NCBI GenBank assembly: GCA_038087875.1
Contig: CM075988.1
Span: forward strand, 21,392,001-21,456,000
DNA length: 64,000 nucleotides
Direction: 5' to 3'
Origin: Malacoraja senta
Lineage: Eukaryota
Position 1 is the first letter of the stretch. Every line of letters begins with the position of its first letter. The position numbers were made by a program, and so were the translations under genes. This document shows, in pieces, positions 1 through 13,204 of the stretch. The notes below the pieces were generated by a model that was not told where the DNA came from, did no database searches, and saw only the letters and a list, made by a program, of their open reading frames with translations.

Positions 1-602
1 CAAATGCGTGACAAAGAGAATGAATTTACAATGTTCTGAAGTCCTTTACCCCAGTGGTTAATAACTAATAAATGTCTTTTGAAAGTATCAATGGTGATCA
101 CCATGGTTCTGCAGCATAATATGTAATGGCTCAGTCTGTTTTTAAGGATAACTATTGCTTAGTTTGTCTCTATCTTTAAATAGGAATGTCTGATGATTTG
201 AGAGGAATAGATCGGGTAGACGCACAGAGTATCTTGCCCAGAGTAGGGGAATCGAGAACCAGAGGACATAGATTGAAGGGGGAAAGATTTAACAGGAATC
301 TGATGGGTAACTTTTTCACACAGAGATGGAATTTTTAATGGAACATTTAAAATGTATGGAACGTTTAATTTTGTTCAGTTTTGGTTTAGTTTATTGTCAC
401 GTGCACTGAGGTACAGTGAAAAGCTTTTATTGTTGCGAGCTATCCAGTCAGCAGCGAGACTATACATGATTGCAATCGAGCCGTCCACAGTGTACAGATA
501 CAGGATAAAGGGAATAACGTTTAGTGCAAGATATAGTCCAATAAAGTCTGATTAAAGATAGTCCGAGGATGAGCTGCCAGAGGAAGTAGTTGAGGCAGGT
601 TA

Positions 603-1231
603 CTCGCTATCAAAACATGGAGGGGACGGGGGACACTATTTTTTGGCGGCCACGCGTGCATGCGCACACTCACACACGCGCGCGAGGCTTCGGAGGCTCA
701 ATCCAGCGCAAGATGCAGCTCAACTGCCTGTCTTCACCGGGTTAACTACAGCCCTGCCTGGACTGACGGGATACGAGCGCTGCTTCTCCGCGCCGGCCAT
801 ATTTCCCGCAAGTCCAGGAAGGGTTGTAAGCTCACCTGGCGGGACAGGCAGAGTTAGCTGGGTTTAGTGCTGTTTCTCTGTGCTGGCCCGTCTGACTGCC
901 GACCAAAGATCCTATAGCGGAGGATGTTTGCTGCCGACCTCTCTCGGGTGGGGACGGGACAGCGCCGGAGACCCGGCCGGGATCGATCCTGCCTGCGGAT
1001 GAAACGCAGGTCTATGCCACGTCTTCCTCCTCCAATCATCGCGCTGAATCATGTCCCGCCCCCATTGCCTGCTGACCGACGTCTCTCTCCTCCAATCGCC
1101 GCCCTCGATCACCGGATTTTAAAATCCGGATTACAAAATCTTGGGGGGGGGGATGTCCCCCACCTCTCAAAACATGGAGGGTACGTGTTCCCTCTGCCCC
1201 CCCCCCCCCCCCCCCGGGTTTTCCGCCCCTG
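603..1231. mobile_element. hAT-like non-autonomous DNA transposon (left TIR mostly deleted) inserted in a CR1 3' fragment
   Basis: Right end TTTCCGCCCCTG is followed by GGCAGGTA, which recurs as GGCAGGT(T)A at 594-602 (about 8-bp TSD). Internal TCGCTATCAAAACATGG also follows the intact TIR CAGGGGCGGAAA at 16944. Confidence 0.55.
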
Positions 1232-1412
1232 GGCAGGTACAATAACAAGTTTAAAAGACATTTGGCCAGGTACATGGAAGGCAAGAGTTTAAAGGGATAT
1301 GGGCCAAATGATGGCAAATGGGACGAGCTTAGATGGGTTATCTTGGTCGGCATGGGCGAGTCGGGCCGAAGGGCCTGTTTCCCTGCTGTATCATTCCATG
1401 TCTCTATGACTC
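1232..1412 (+). mobile_element. CR1/HER1-like LINE 3' end fragment
   Basis: Translates as ..RYMEGKSLKGYGPNDGKWD; tail GGGCCGAAGGGCCTGTTTCC...CTATGACTCTA; continues the fragment at about 570-600. Confidence 0.75.
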
Positions 1413-1981
1413 TAATTGCATTACTGTTTCAGCTGAACTACAAATGACATTCGGGCCTGAGTTTGCGTACAAGACCTCTGTCCTCCCTGTAAACAGACAA
1501 TGCATCTCCCAGCCAAGGCAGCAGAAGGCTCTTGTTAAAGATGAATTTCCGAACAATAACAACGTTTGTGGTTTTCTGAGTATTGTACGAAAATAACAGA
1601 ACAAAACACTCTTTTGATGCAAACTCAGCACTGACGGAGACTATTTTGGGGAATGAGCAAACAATGTTTGCCTAGGGAAAACATTTACTGACAGGAAGTT
1701 GATGCACACATTTTGGCAATGTCTTCAAACGATGGTGTTTATCGCAGTGTTATAGGAGGTAGGATACTGACCTGCTGTATCAGCGATTGACACTGGGAAT
1801 TTCAGAACATGTATAGACATTTTAGTCATAGAGTCACACAGCGTAGAAAATGGCCCTTCGGCCCAACTTGTCCATGCCGACCACCACACCCCCATTTACA
1901 CTAGTCCAGCCTCCATGTATGTGGCCCATATCGTATCCCTCTAAATCTTTCCGATCCATGTACCTGTCCAAATGTTCCTTA

Positions 1982-2281
1982 AGGGGCTGTCCCACTGTAC
2001 GAGCTAATTCAAGAGTTCTCCCGTGTTTCCCTTGATTCGAACTCGGAGATTTACGGTAATAGCCGCTCGTAGGTACTCGGGGCTCTCGTGGACATTTTTC
2101 AACCTGTTGATAAAACTTCACGAGCTTTCCCGAGTACCTGCCGTTGACGTTACGAGCCGCTAAGGGACGTCCCCGAGCCCCGACGTACCCGCTACGTACA
2201 TTCTACGTGCTTACCACGAGTTTGATTTTTTTTTTTACTCGGGAGAGCTCTTGAATTAGCTCGTACAGTGGGACAGGCCCT
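1982..2281. mobile_element. PIF/Harbinger-like MITE, family 1
   Basis: TIRs AGGGGCTGTCCCACTGTACGAGCT / AGCTCGTACAGTGGGACAGGCCCT with TTA on both sides. It interrupts a minus-strand CR1 tail. Confidence 0.8.
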
Positions 2282-2641
2282 TTAAACATTGTGATAGTAA
2301 TTACGAAATGCCAGAAAGTTTCCCAACACTGATGGTATTTCAGAATTATCACAAGTTCCACTTGAATGATTGAAGCCAGTGACCTGTGGCTACCGTTAAC
2401 AAACTTGAGCAAACTGTTAGTTTTGGAGACGGTTTTTCCCAGAGATTCAGAGCGGAAACACCGAGTCCATGCTGACCAACGATCACCCTTCCACTAGTTC
2501 GATCCTACACACTGGGGACAATTTACAGAAGCCAACTAACCTGCAAACCTGCACGTCTTTTGGAGTGTGGGAGGAAAACCGGAGCAGCCGGGGAAAACCC
2601 AACCGGTCACAGGAAGAACGTTCAAACTCCGTACAGACAAC

Positions 2642-2953
2642 GAGTTTAGAAGGATGAGAGGATATCTTATTGAAACATATAATATTATTAAGGGTTTGGA
2701 CACGCTAGAGGCAGGAAACATGTTCCCGATGTTGGGGGAGTCCAGACCCTCAGTACCCTCTGCTTCAGAGGCCGGTTCTCTGGATGCTTTCAAGAGAGAG
2801 TTAGATAGAGCTCTTAAAGATAGCGGAGTCAGGGGATATGGGGAGAAGGCAGGAACGGGGTACTGATTGGGGATGATCAGCCATGATCACATTGAATGGC
2901 GGTGCTGGCTCGAAGGGCCAAATGGCCTACTCCTGCACCTATTGTCTATTGTC
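2642..2953 (+). mobile_element. CR1 LINE 3' fragment (subfamily B)
   Basis: EFRRMRGYLIETY..GLDTLEAGNMFPMLGESR..GYGEKAGTGY*, then 3'UTR and (CTATTGT)n tail. Confidence 0.85.
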
Positions 2954-3177
2954 TCTTGTCTCTTGTCATAACCGGGGCCACAGTTTAAGAATAAGGAGTA
3001 AGCCATTTAGAACGGAGACGAGGAAACACTTTTTCTCACAGAGAGTTGTGAGTCGGTGGAATTCTCTGCCTCAGAGGGCGGTGGAGGCCGGTTCTCTGGA
3101 TACTTTCAAGAGAGAGTTAGATAGAGCTCTTAAAGATAGCGGAGTCAGGGGATATGGGGAGAAGGCAGGAACGGGGA

Positions 3178-6100
3178 ACGGGAGATCTGCAAAGGCTACT
3201 GGGGAGACTTTAAACTAGAATGGTTGGGGGGAGGGACTCAAATAGAGAATGCTATTAGACAGTGTGTGAGGCAGGAGGCAGAGAAGGAAAGCACTCAGAC
3301 CCAACATGTAGGGGGGAAAGAAGAAAACAATAATAAACAGAGAATAAGAGGTGGTGGGGTTCTTAAATGGGTGAGCAGAGAAACAGAGGGGTGCAAAATG
3401 CGGGCGGAAGCAATAGGTAGCAAGGTGAAAAGTAAAAGTGGCAGGCAGACAAATCCAGGGCAAAAATCAAAAAGAGCCACGTTCCAACATAATTGTATAA
3501 GGGGTAAGAGCGTTGTAAAAACAAGCCTGAAGGCTTTGTGTATCAATGCAAGGAGCATTCGTAATAAGGTCGATGAGTTGAACGTGCAGATAGCAATTAA
3601 TGATTATGATATAGTTGGGATCACGGAGACATGGCTCCAGGGTGACCAAGGCTGGGAGCTGAACATCCAGGGATATTCAATATTCAGGAGGGATAGAGAG
3701 AAAGGAAAAGGAGGTGGGGTAGCGTTGCTGGTTAGAGAGGAGATTAACGCAGTGGAAAGGAAGGGCATTAGCTTGGAGGATGTGGAATCGGTATGGGTAG
3801 AGCTACGAAATACTAAGGGGTAGAAAACGCTGGTGGGTGTTGTGTACATGCCACCTAGCAGTAGTAGTGAAGTTGGGGATGGCATCAAACAGGAAATTAG
3901 AAATGCGTGCAACAAAGGCAAAACAGTTATAATGGGTGACTTCAATCTACATATAGATTGGGTGAATCAAATTGGCAGGGGTGCTGAGGAAGAGGATTTC
4001 TTGGAATGTATGAGGGATAGTTATCTAAACCAACATGTAGAGGAACCAACGAGAGAGCAGGCTATTCTAGACTGGGTATTGAGTAATGAGGAAGGGTTAG
4101 TTAGCAGACTTGTTGTGCGTGCCCCCTTGGGCAAGAGTGACCATAATATGGTTGAGTTCTTCATTAGGATGGAGAGTGACATTGTTAATTCAGAAACAAC
4201 GGTTCTGAACTTAAAGAAAGGTAACTTTGAGGATATGAGACGTGAATTGGCCAAGATTGACTGGCAATTAGTTCTAAAAGGGTTGACGGTGGATATGCAA
4301 TGGAAGGCATTTAAAGACTGCATGGATGAACTACAAAAAATGTTCATCCCAGTTTGGCAAAAGAATAAATCAGGGAAGGTAGTGCATCCGTGGATAACAA
4401 GGGAAATCAGGGATAGTATCAAAGCAAAAGATGTTGCGTACAAATTAGCCAGAAAAAGTAGCATACCAGAGGACTGGGAGAAATTCAGAGACAAGCAGAG
4501 GAGGACAAAGGGCTTAATTAGGAAAGGGAAAATAGATTATGAAAGGAAACTGGCAGGGAACATAAAAACTGACTGCAAAAGTTTTTATAGATATGTGAAG
4601 AGAAAGAGATTAGTTAAAACAAATGTAGGTCCCTTGCAGTCAGAAACAGGTGAATTGATCATGGGGAACAAGGATATGGCGGACCAATTGAATAACTACT
4701 TTGGTTCCGTCTTCACTAAGGAAGACATAAATAATCTGCCGGAAATAGCAGGGGGCCGCGGGTCAAAGGAGATGGAGGAACTGAGTGAAATCCAGGTTAG
4801 TCGGGAAGTGGTGTTGGGTAAATTGAATGGATTAAAGGCCGATAAATCACCAGGGCCAGATAGGCTGCATACCAGAGTACTTAAGGAAGTAGCTCCAGAA
4901 ATAGTGGATGCATTAGTGATAATTTTTCAAAATTCTTTAGATTCTGGAGTAGTTCCTGAGGATTGGAGGGTAGCAAACGTAACCCCACTTTTTAAGAAGG
5001 GAGGGAGAGAGAAAACGGGGAATTACAGACCAGTTAGTCTAACATCGGTAGTGGGGAAACTGCTAGAGTCAGTTATTAGAGATGGGATAGCAGCACATTT
5101 GGAAAGTGGTGAAATCATTGGACAAAGTCAGCATGGATTTACGAAAGGTAAATCGTGTCTGACGAATCTTATAGAATTTTTCGAGGATGTAACTAGTAGA
5201 GTGGATAGGGGAGAACCAGTGGATGTGTTGTATCTGGACTTTCAGAAGGCTTTCGACAAGGTACCACATAAGAGATTAGGATACAAGCTTAAATCACACG
5301 GTATTGGGGGTTCAGTATTGATGTGGATAGAGAACTGGCTGGCAAACAGGAAGCAAAGAGTAGGAGTAAACGGGTCCTTTTCACAATGGCAGGCAGTGAC
5401 TAGTGGGGTACCGCAAGGCTCAGTGCTGGGACCCCAGCTATTTACAATTTATATTAATGAACTGGACGAGGGAATTGAAAGCAACATCTCCAAGTTTGCG
5501 GATGACACTAAGCTGGGGGGCAGTGTTAGCTGTGAGGAGGATGCTAGGAGACTGCAAGGTGACTTGGATAGGCTGGGGGAGTGGGCAAATGTTTGGCAGA
5601 TGCAGTATAATGTGGATAAATGTGAGGTTATCCACTTTGGTGGCAAAAACGGGAAGGCAGACTATTATCTAAATGGTGGCCGATTAGGAAATGGGGAGGT
5701 GCAGCGAGACCTGGGTGTCATGGTACACCAGTCATTGAAAGTAGGCTTGCAGGTGCAGCAGGCAGTGAAGAAAGCGAATGGTATGTTGGCCTTCATAGCA
5801 AGAGGATTTGAGTATAGGAGCAGGGAGGTTCTACTGCAGTTGTACAGGGTCTTGGTGAGACCACACCTGGAGTATTGCGTACAGTTTTGGTCTCCAAATC
5901 TGAGGAAGGACATTATAGCCATAGAGGGAGTGCAGAGAAGGTTCACCAGACTGATTCCTGGGATGTCAGGACTTTCATATGAAGAAAGATTGGATAGACT
6001 TGGCTTATACTCGCTAGAATTTAGGAGATTGAGAGGGGATCTTATAGAAACGTACAAAATTCTTATGGGGTTGGACAGGCTAGATGCAGGAAGATTGTTC

Positions 6101-6433
6101 CCGATGTTGGGGAAGTCCAGGACAAGGGGTCACAGCTTAAGGATAAGGGGGAAATCCTTTAAGACCGAGATGAGGAAAAACTTTTTCACACAGAGAGTGG
6201 TGAATCTCTGGAACTCTCTGCCACAGAGGGTAGTTGACGCCAGTTCATTGGCTATATTTAAGAGGGAGTTTGATGTGGCCCTTGTGGCTAAAGGGATCAG
6301 GGGGTATGGAGAGAAGGCAGGTACGGGATACTGAGTTGGATGATCAGCCATGATCATATTGAATGGCGGTGCAGGCTCGAAGGGCCGAATGGCCTACTCC
6401 TGCACCTATTTTCTATGTATCTATGTATCTATG
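3178..6433 (+). mobile_element. 5'-truncated CR1 LINE (end of ORF1, full ORF2, 3'UTR), nested in another CR1 3' fragment
   Basis: ORF1-like end GRSAKATGETLN* at 3218, ORF2, then a (CTATGTAT)n tail. The host fragment is split as ...GGAACGGGG | TACTGATTGGGG (2971-3177 and 6434-6528). Confidence 0.92.
3224..6334 (+). pseudogene. CR1 ORF2: APE endonuclease + reverse transcriptase, one premature stop (TAG 3821-3823)
   Basis: ORFs 3224-3823 and 3833-6334 are in the same frame. APE motifs NARSI, GITETW, MGDFN, SDH; RT motifs NYRPVSLTS, LDFQKAFDKV, GVPQGSVLGP, FADD. Confidence 0.93.
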
Positions 6434-6950
6434 TACTGATTGGGGATGATCAGCCATGATCACATTGAATGGCGGTGCTGGCTCGAAGGGCCAAATGGCC
6501 TACTCCTGCACCTATTGTCTATTGTCTACTTGTAGTCAGGATTGAACCCGGGTCTCTGGCGCTGTGAGGCAGCAACTCTCCCGCTGTGTCACTGTGTTAG
6601 CAAAATGGTAGCAAACTTGAGTAAACCTATTAAACTTCAGCATATGTGGACGGGGAGTTTTCATCAGTCATTTATGCTGCAAAACTTAGATCTTCAGGGG
6701 AGCCCCAGTATATTCAGTTTCTAACAGAAATTAATTCACTCCAGAACCTCAGAACTGTGGAAATGATCTTCACATTCCAATCTTCCATTCCTTCTACAAA
6801 CAACAAGGCTTTGGCATTGATGCGTGGTATTATTTATAAGTTATTTTCTTATTTAGTTTGGCTAAGTTGCAGCCGCTGAATTTCTGGGTTGCTGTGATGT
6901 GGAATAACTGTGCTGTCAAGGTGGGATAAGCACAATCTGGTGCCGTCTCT

Positions 6951-7340
6951 CGGTGGCGCAGCGGGTGGTGCTGCTGCCTCAAAGCGTCAGAGGCCCAGGA
7001 TCGAGCCTGACCTCATGTGCTGTCTGTGCGGAGTTTGCATGTTTTCCCTGTGACCGCATGGGTGCTCCAGTTTCCTCCCACATCCCAAAGGCGTTCGAGT
7101 TTGTAGGTATATTGACCTCTGTAAATTGTCATAAGGTCATAAGGAGTAGGAGTAGGGAATTAGGCCATTTGGCCCATCAAGTCTACTCCGCCATTCAATC
7201 GGGGCTGATTTAAGTCCCTACGTGTAGGGAGCAGATGCGTATGTGGGATAACTGAGGACTCGAGTGCACAGGCGATCGATCGATGGTTCGCGTGGACTCG
7301 GTGGGCCGAAGGGCGTGCTTCCACACTGTGTCTCTCAATC
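6951..7340 (+). mobile_element. HE1-like V-SINE interrupted by a short CR1 tail
   Basis: tRNA-like head GGTGGCGCAGCGG..., V-domain TGTCTGTGCGGAGTTTGCATGTT, tail GGGCCGAAGGGC. Confidence 0.7.
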
Positions 7341-8028
7341 AAGCAAACGACTTAAGAGAAAAACTTTGTGAGAACAAGAAAAATTACTTTGAAATATGGG
7401 AGCTCTCCAGGACGAAGAAGAAGATCTGAGCTGCAAGGCAGTTTTTCAAAGAAGGTTTAGGCCTAGGTTTCTCATTGTTTTGTGGAGTGAAACGTTCCTC
7501 TACCGCCGGGCCACTGTGCAGCCCTTTAGTTGGTGTGTCTTTGTTGGGTGGTAAATGTGGCATTCAATTAGCAAGCGGCCAGTTCTCACAAGCAGCAGTA
7601 ACCTACAATGACTGGATCATCTGTTTTCCAGGGGATATTTTACCGACCAGGCAAATTGGAATTATGAGCGACCTTTTACAACCATTCATGACCACAGGCA
7701 GGGTCTATTTTTATTCCTGTCTGCACATCCCATGCAGAGATCAACCTTTTTTGTTAACTAATATTATCTACAAGCACTGTGTTTACAGACCTTTTATGCT
7801 GCTGCAAGTAAGAATTTTATTGTTTCGTTTAGGGACATATGACAATTACTTTTAACTCTTGACTCCAATGAGAAGTGAGAGTATTAGTCTGAGAGGCTCA
7901 GCTAAAATACAGTAACATATATAATCTTCTAGCGGTGGAGTTACTGCCTTACAGCGCCAGAGACCCGGGTTCCATTCTGACTGCGGGCACCGTCAGTACG
8001 GAGTTTGTACGTTCTCCCTGTGACCATT

Positions 8029-8602
8029 CTGTTCAGTTCTGGGCACCATGTTATAGGAAAAATATTGTCAAGCTTGAAAGGGTTCAGAAAAGATTTACGA
8101 GGATGTTGCCAGGGCTAGAGGGTGTGAGCTATAGGGAGAGGTTGAGTAGGCTGGGTCTCTATTCCATGGAGCGCAGGAGGATGAGGGGTGATCTTATCGA
8201 GGTGTACAAAATCATGAGAGGAATAGATCGGGTAGATGCACAGTCTTTTGCCCAGTGAAGGGGAATCGTGGACCAGAGGACTTAGGTTCAAGGTGAAGGG
8301 GAAAAGATTGGGAAAAAGATCAAGTGTGAATGGGAAAAAATGGGAAAAGATAGGAATCCGAGGGGTAACTTTTTCGCACAAAGGGTGGTGGGTGTATGGA
8401 ACAAGCTGCCAGAGGAGGTAGTTGGGGCTGGGACTATCCCATCGATTAAGAAACAGTTGGACAGGTACATGGGTAGGACGGGTTTGGAGGGATATGGACC
8501 AAGCGCAGGCAAGTGGGACTAGTGTAGCTGGGACATTGTTGGCCGGTGTGGGCGAGTTGGGCTGAAGGGCCTGTTTCCATACTGTATCACTCTATGACTC
8601 TA
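8029..8602 (+). mobile_element. CR1/HER1-like LINE 3' fragment inserted in an HE1-like SINE (7930-8760)
   Basis: VQFWAPCYRKNIVKLERVQKRFTRMLPG..RMRGDLIEVYKI; the SINE head lies before it and the V-domain resumes after it. Confidence 0.82.
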
Positions 8603-10064
8603 TCAATCTATGTGGGTTTTCTCCGGATGCTCCGGTTTCCTCTCACACTCCAGAAACATGCAGGTTTGTAGGTTAATTGGCTTCGGCAAAATTGTAAATT
8701 GTCCCCTAGTGTGTGGGATGGTGTTAGTGTGCGGGGGTGATCGCTGGTCGGCACGGCAGGCCTGGTTCACCACTGCGATAAGGACATAACTGTTCGATTA
8801 ACTGTTTGTAACTTTGTTGGCCCCGGAAACGTGGCGACTCTTTGTGTACTGCCTCGGTGAGGTCTGCTGTGGGATTTTATCCGGTTGTACGCAAAACAAA
8901 GCGATTCACTGCACCTAGGTACACGTGGCATTACAGTATCAATGAATCAGTGAAACATTGATTAGATGGGCCAAAGGGCCTGATTCCACGCTGTATCTCT
9001 AAAATCTAAAGTTAATACCAGTGCTTTTTTGATGAGAGCAACGCTGCATGACGGCACTTCTAAAAAGTCAAACCTCATTACTAATGACACGTGACACATA
9101 TGTTTATTAATCGCGTGCACTGGCACCTCTTTGTGTGTGAACCCCCCCCCCCCCCACCCCCCACCCCACCAGTTCATACCAACCAACGAGTTAAATATTT
9201 AGCCGCAGGAAGGGATCAGATCTAATCGACAGAGGATGCTGCATTGTCCGCGGATGTGAAGTGTTATTGATGCAAAACAGATTGCAAGTGAGACGGACTC
9301 ATCCGGGGATTCTTGCACGAAAGAAGATCTCCCGTCAGGAAAAAAAGGGATAATTTCCGTATCAAGGCATCTGGGAATGTTCAGGGCAGGCACCGGAGCC
9401 GGCAGTGCCATGAATCCCGTGGAAACGTCTGCTCTGCTTGAGCGCCTTCTTTGGAGAACATTTTAATTAATTGGTTGCACTTCATGCCACCCACTTCCCT
9501 CCATCACTTCGAAGGCACGACAGCTGCCTGGTCGTATTTCACTAAAGCAGGCAGCAACGCCTGATGCTGATATCTGCATGCAATGCATTTCACAATGGGG
9601 CGCAGACACAGCCTTCTCTTCAACTCGTTCCGTACAAAGTAATGGTGAAGTCAAGAGTACAAAGAACACGATAAGCAAATGTAATCCCGCAGCATTGTCC
9701 ATTGTCAAGCTGGAGAGAGTGCAGAGAAGATTTACGAGGATGTTGCCAAGACTCGAGGGCCTGAGCTCCAGGGAGAGGTGGGCAGGCTAGGACAGGCTAG
9801 AAACTAAACTAAACTAAGGAGAGTAACCATTACCCTTGCAACGAGATCTGCCATGAATCTCTGATTTGAGTCTAATGTTATACAGTTATGTTCTAGACCA
9901 GCGTGTCAGAGGAAAGAGAATCATTCTTGCTATCTTGCTAACACAGGGATGAGATTCCCCCATCTATACACAAGGGAGTATATAGTCAGTCAAAGAAGAG
10001 TTATACAGGAGCAGAGCTTCATAAATGTGTGTAACAAGTGGAATATTCCCATTTAGTGAGTTAC

Positions 10065-10410
10065 ACCCTGGCCATTCCCTCTTCTCCCCTCTCCCCTCCG
10101 GGCAAGAGGTACAGAAGTGTGAAAACGCACACCTCCAGATTCAAGGACAGTTTCTTCCCAGCTTTCAGGCAACTGAACCATCCTACCCCAACCAGAGAGC
10201 AGTGCTGAAATACTATCTACCTCATTGGTGACACTCGGACTATCTTTGATTGGACTTTACTGGCTTTACCTTGCACTAAATGTGATTCCGTTACATGTAT
10301 CTTACACTATAAATGACTCAATTGTAATCATGTATTGTCATTCCACTGCACGCAACAAAAGCTTTTCACTGTACCTCGGTACACGTGACAATAAACTCAA
10401 CTCAACTGAT
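10065..10410 (+). mobile_element. Rex/Babar-type LINE 3' end (similar copies about 20805-21033+23776-23940, 27915-28292, 44085-44690, 45113-45370 minus)
   Basis: HPGHSLFSPLPSG..RFKDSFFP C-terminal motif; tail CACTGTACCTCGGTACACGTGACAATAAA. Confidence 0.65.
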
Positions 10411-11175
10411 ATTAAAATGTGTCTGAGTGATGAAAACTAATCAAAACACCATCAGGGCTTTAATTAGTTGGGAGATCGGAGGTGATTGTTGGTGGGCACG
10501 GACCCGGTGGGCCAAAGGGCCTGTCTCCACGCTGTATCTCTAAAGTCTAATCCTAGTGAATACCTGATGAGTTCTTATCAAGTTACTTTGCTTTGCAAAG
10601 ACAAATTCTCCTCCTGAAACTTCTTGCAATGATTTGCGGGTTAAGTTTGTGTTCAGAACCTAGAGAGGGTGTCAGGGGTTGTGGGGAGAAGGCAGGAGAT
10701 TGGGGTTGAGAGGGAAAGATAGATCAGCCATGATTGAATGGCGGAGTAGACATGATGGGTCGAATGGCCTAACTCTGCTCCCGTCACTTTGTGGACTTAA
10801 GAACATGAAATACCAAACAGTTACATGGAATGCAGGGAAAGGCCACAGAATATCACTCTTATCTTGAATCCATGTCTTGTGTCAACGTGATCCATCCTTT
10901 GATTGGGAGAGGTTCTGTTTCCTGAGGCCCCTTTCCTGTCATACTCCACATCAACTTCTGTTGCGGCTATGGGGCTCTTCCATTCATAATTCAGCACCAA
11001 GTGTCTACTCCCTCTCCAGCACGACTCAGATCTCCATCTTTTCTCAAAGTGCAGTGTCAACAAACATTCAAACTTGTTAAAAAAAGAATAGTCTTTAGTT
11101 TAGTTTGTGGCACGCAACAAGCGCTTTCCACTGTATCTCGGTACACGTGACTACAAACTAAACTGGAGGAGGTCA

Positions 11176-11607
11176 GAGAGTCATAGAGATGACGAATGAT
11201 ACAGCATAGAAACAGGCCCTACGGCCCAACCTGCCCACACCGGCCAACATGTCCCAGCTAGACTAGTCCCACCTCCCCGTGATTGGTCCATATCCCTCCA
11301 AACCTGTCCTATCCATGTACCTGTCTAACTGTTTCTTAAATGTTGGAATAGTCCCAGCCCCAACTACCTCCTCTGGCAGCTTGGTCCATACACCCACCAC
11401 TCTTTGTGTGAAAAGGTTACTCCTCAGATACTTATTAAATCTTTTCTCCTTCACATTAAACCTATGTCCTCTGATCCTCGATTCACCTACTCTGGACTAG
11501 AGACTCTGTGCGTCTACCTGATCGATTCCTCTCATGATTTTATACACCTCGATAAGATCACCCGTCATCCTCCTGCGCTCCAAGGAATAGAGTCCTAGCC
11601 TACTCAA
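11176..11607 (-). mobile_element. CR1/HER1-like LINE 3' fragment
   Basis: Minus-strand RLGLYSLERRRMTGDLIEVYKI..QRVVGVWTKLPEEVV..GYGPITGRWD. Confidence 0.82.
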
Positions 11608-11820
11608 CGTCCCCCAATAGCACGGACCCTCCAGGCTACGTCCTTCTTCTCTGTACCCTTGCAAGTGAACCTTTGCCTCACCTGAAAGGGCTGATACAAT
11701 CGTCAATCAAACGTGCAATAGGTAGAGCAAAGGGGAAGATACAGAGCTCAGATAATAGTCATGGACAAAGCCCAATGTCCTCAAAGGTGAATCAGACATT
11801 ACCCTAGCTTATGGAAGGAC

Positions 11821-12196
11821 CTGTGGCCCCTGGTTCTGGACTCCCCCAACATCGGGAACATGTTTCCTGGACACGCTAGATGTTCCCGATGTTGGGGGAG
11901 TCCAGAACCAGGGGCCACAGTTTAAGAATAGGGAGTAAGCCATTTAGAACGGAGACGAGGAAACACTTTTTCTCACAGAGAGTGATGAGTCTGTGGAATT
12001 CTCTGCCTCAGAGGGCGGTGGAGGCCGGTTCTCTGGATGCTTTCAAGAGAGAGCTAGATAGGGCTCTTAAAAATAGCGGAGTCAGGGGATATGGGGAGAA
12101 GGCAGGAACGGGGTACTGATTGGGGATGATCAGCCATGATCACATTGAATGGCTCGAAGGGCTGAATGGCCTACTCCTGCTCCTATTGTCTATTGT
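11821..12196 (+). mobile_element. CR1 3' fragment with a 40-bp inverted duplication at its 5' junction
   Basis: MFPMLGESRTRGHSLRI..GYGEKAGTGY*; 11821-11860 is the reverse complement of 11881-11920. Confidence 0.85.
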
Positions 12197-12255
12197 TCAG
12201 ACCGTTCAGCAGCCTGAGAAGAGAGGGGAAGATAGACAAAAAAAAGCTGGAGTCA

Positions 12256-12488
12256 TGGGCCTGTCCCACTTAGGTGATTTGTTAGGTGACTGCTGAAAAA
12301 TTGTTAGGTGACATGTTGAAACATTTTCGGTGAAAGTGGTGACAATTTGGGCTGTCGTAGGTTGTCGCCAGGTCAACGTAGGTTGTCGCCAAGTGACGTA
12401 AGTTGTTGCCGGTGCTGACTTCGGTGAATTCCATTGTTCTAGTCGCTGGCAGTCGCCTAAAAAAAGTCGCCTAAGTGGGACAGGCCCA
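12256..12488. mobile_element. PIF/Harbinger-like MITE, family 2
   Basis: TIRs TGGGCCTGTCCCACTTAGG / CCTAAGTGGGACAGGCCCA; flanks TCA and TAA; it splits GCTGGAG|TAACTCAGCGGG of a Penelope-derived repeat. Confidence 0.8.
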
Positions 12489-13204
12489 TAACTCAGCGGG
12501 ACAGGCAGCATCTTTGGAGAGAAGGAATGGGTGATGTTTCGGGTCCAAGAAGCTGAAGCTGTTGCTGCTATCACTTGACCCTGACTAGAGCCATGCGGCG
12601 GTCTGTAATATATTCCCCAGATGATACTTTTGACATCCAATAACGAGGAATGTGAACTGCCTCAAGGAGAAGTGAAGCGGAGTAAAAACCTGCAACTTGC
12701 AATTATCGTCTGTTGGTGCATGAAGTGTGAATAAACATCAGCAGGACAGTGCGACTTTCACAGTTTGTCAGCTGGCTGTTAATTGTTCGTCACTTCTAGT
12801 GACAGTAAATATATTTATTACAAAGCTTTGGAAAACTCTTAACAGAAGTATTTTTAAAGTGTTGTTTACAAGCTTGCCTTTCAGTGCAGTGGGGTCAACT
12901 GCATGACTTGGTCTTTGGAGTCACGGTGGAGCAGCGGTAAAGTTTTGCTGTCTTACAGCGCTTGAGGCCCAGGTTCGATCCTGACCAAGGGGTGCTGTCC
13001 GTATGGAGTTTGTACGTTCTCACCATGACTGTGTGGGTTTTCTCCGGGTGCACCGGTTTCCTCCCACATTAGATACATACTGTAGATACATAGACAGTAG
13101 GTGCAGGAGTAGGCCATTTGGCCCTTGGAGCCAGCACCACCATTCAACGTGATCATGGCTGATCATCCACAATCAGTACCTCGTTCCTGCCTTCTCCCCA
13201 CATT

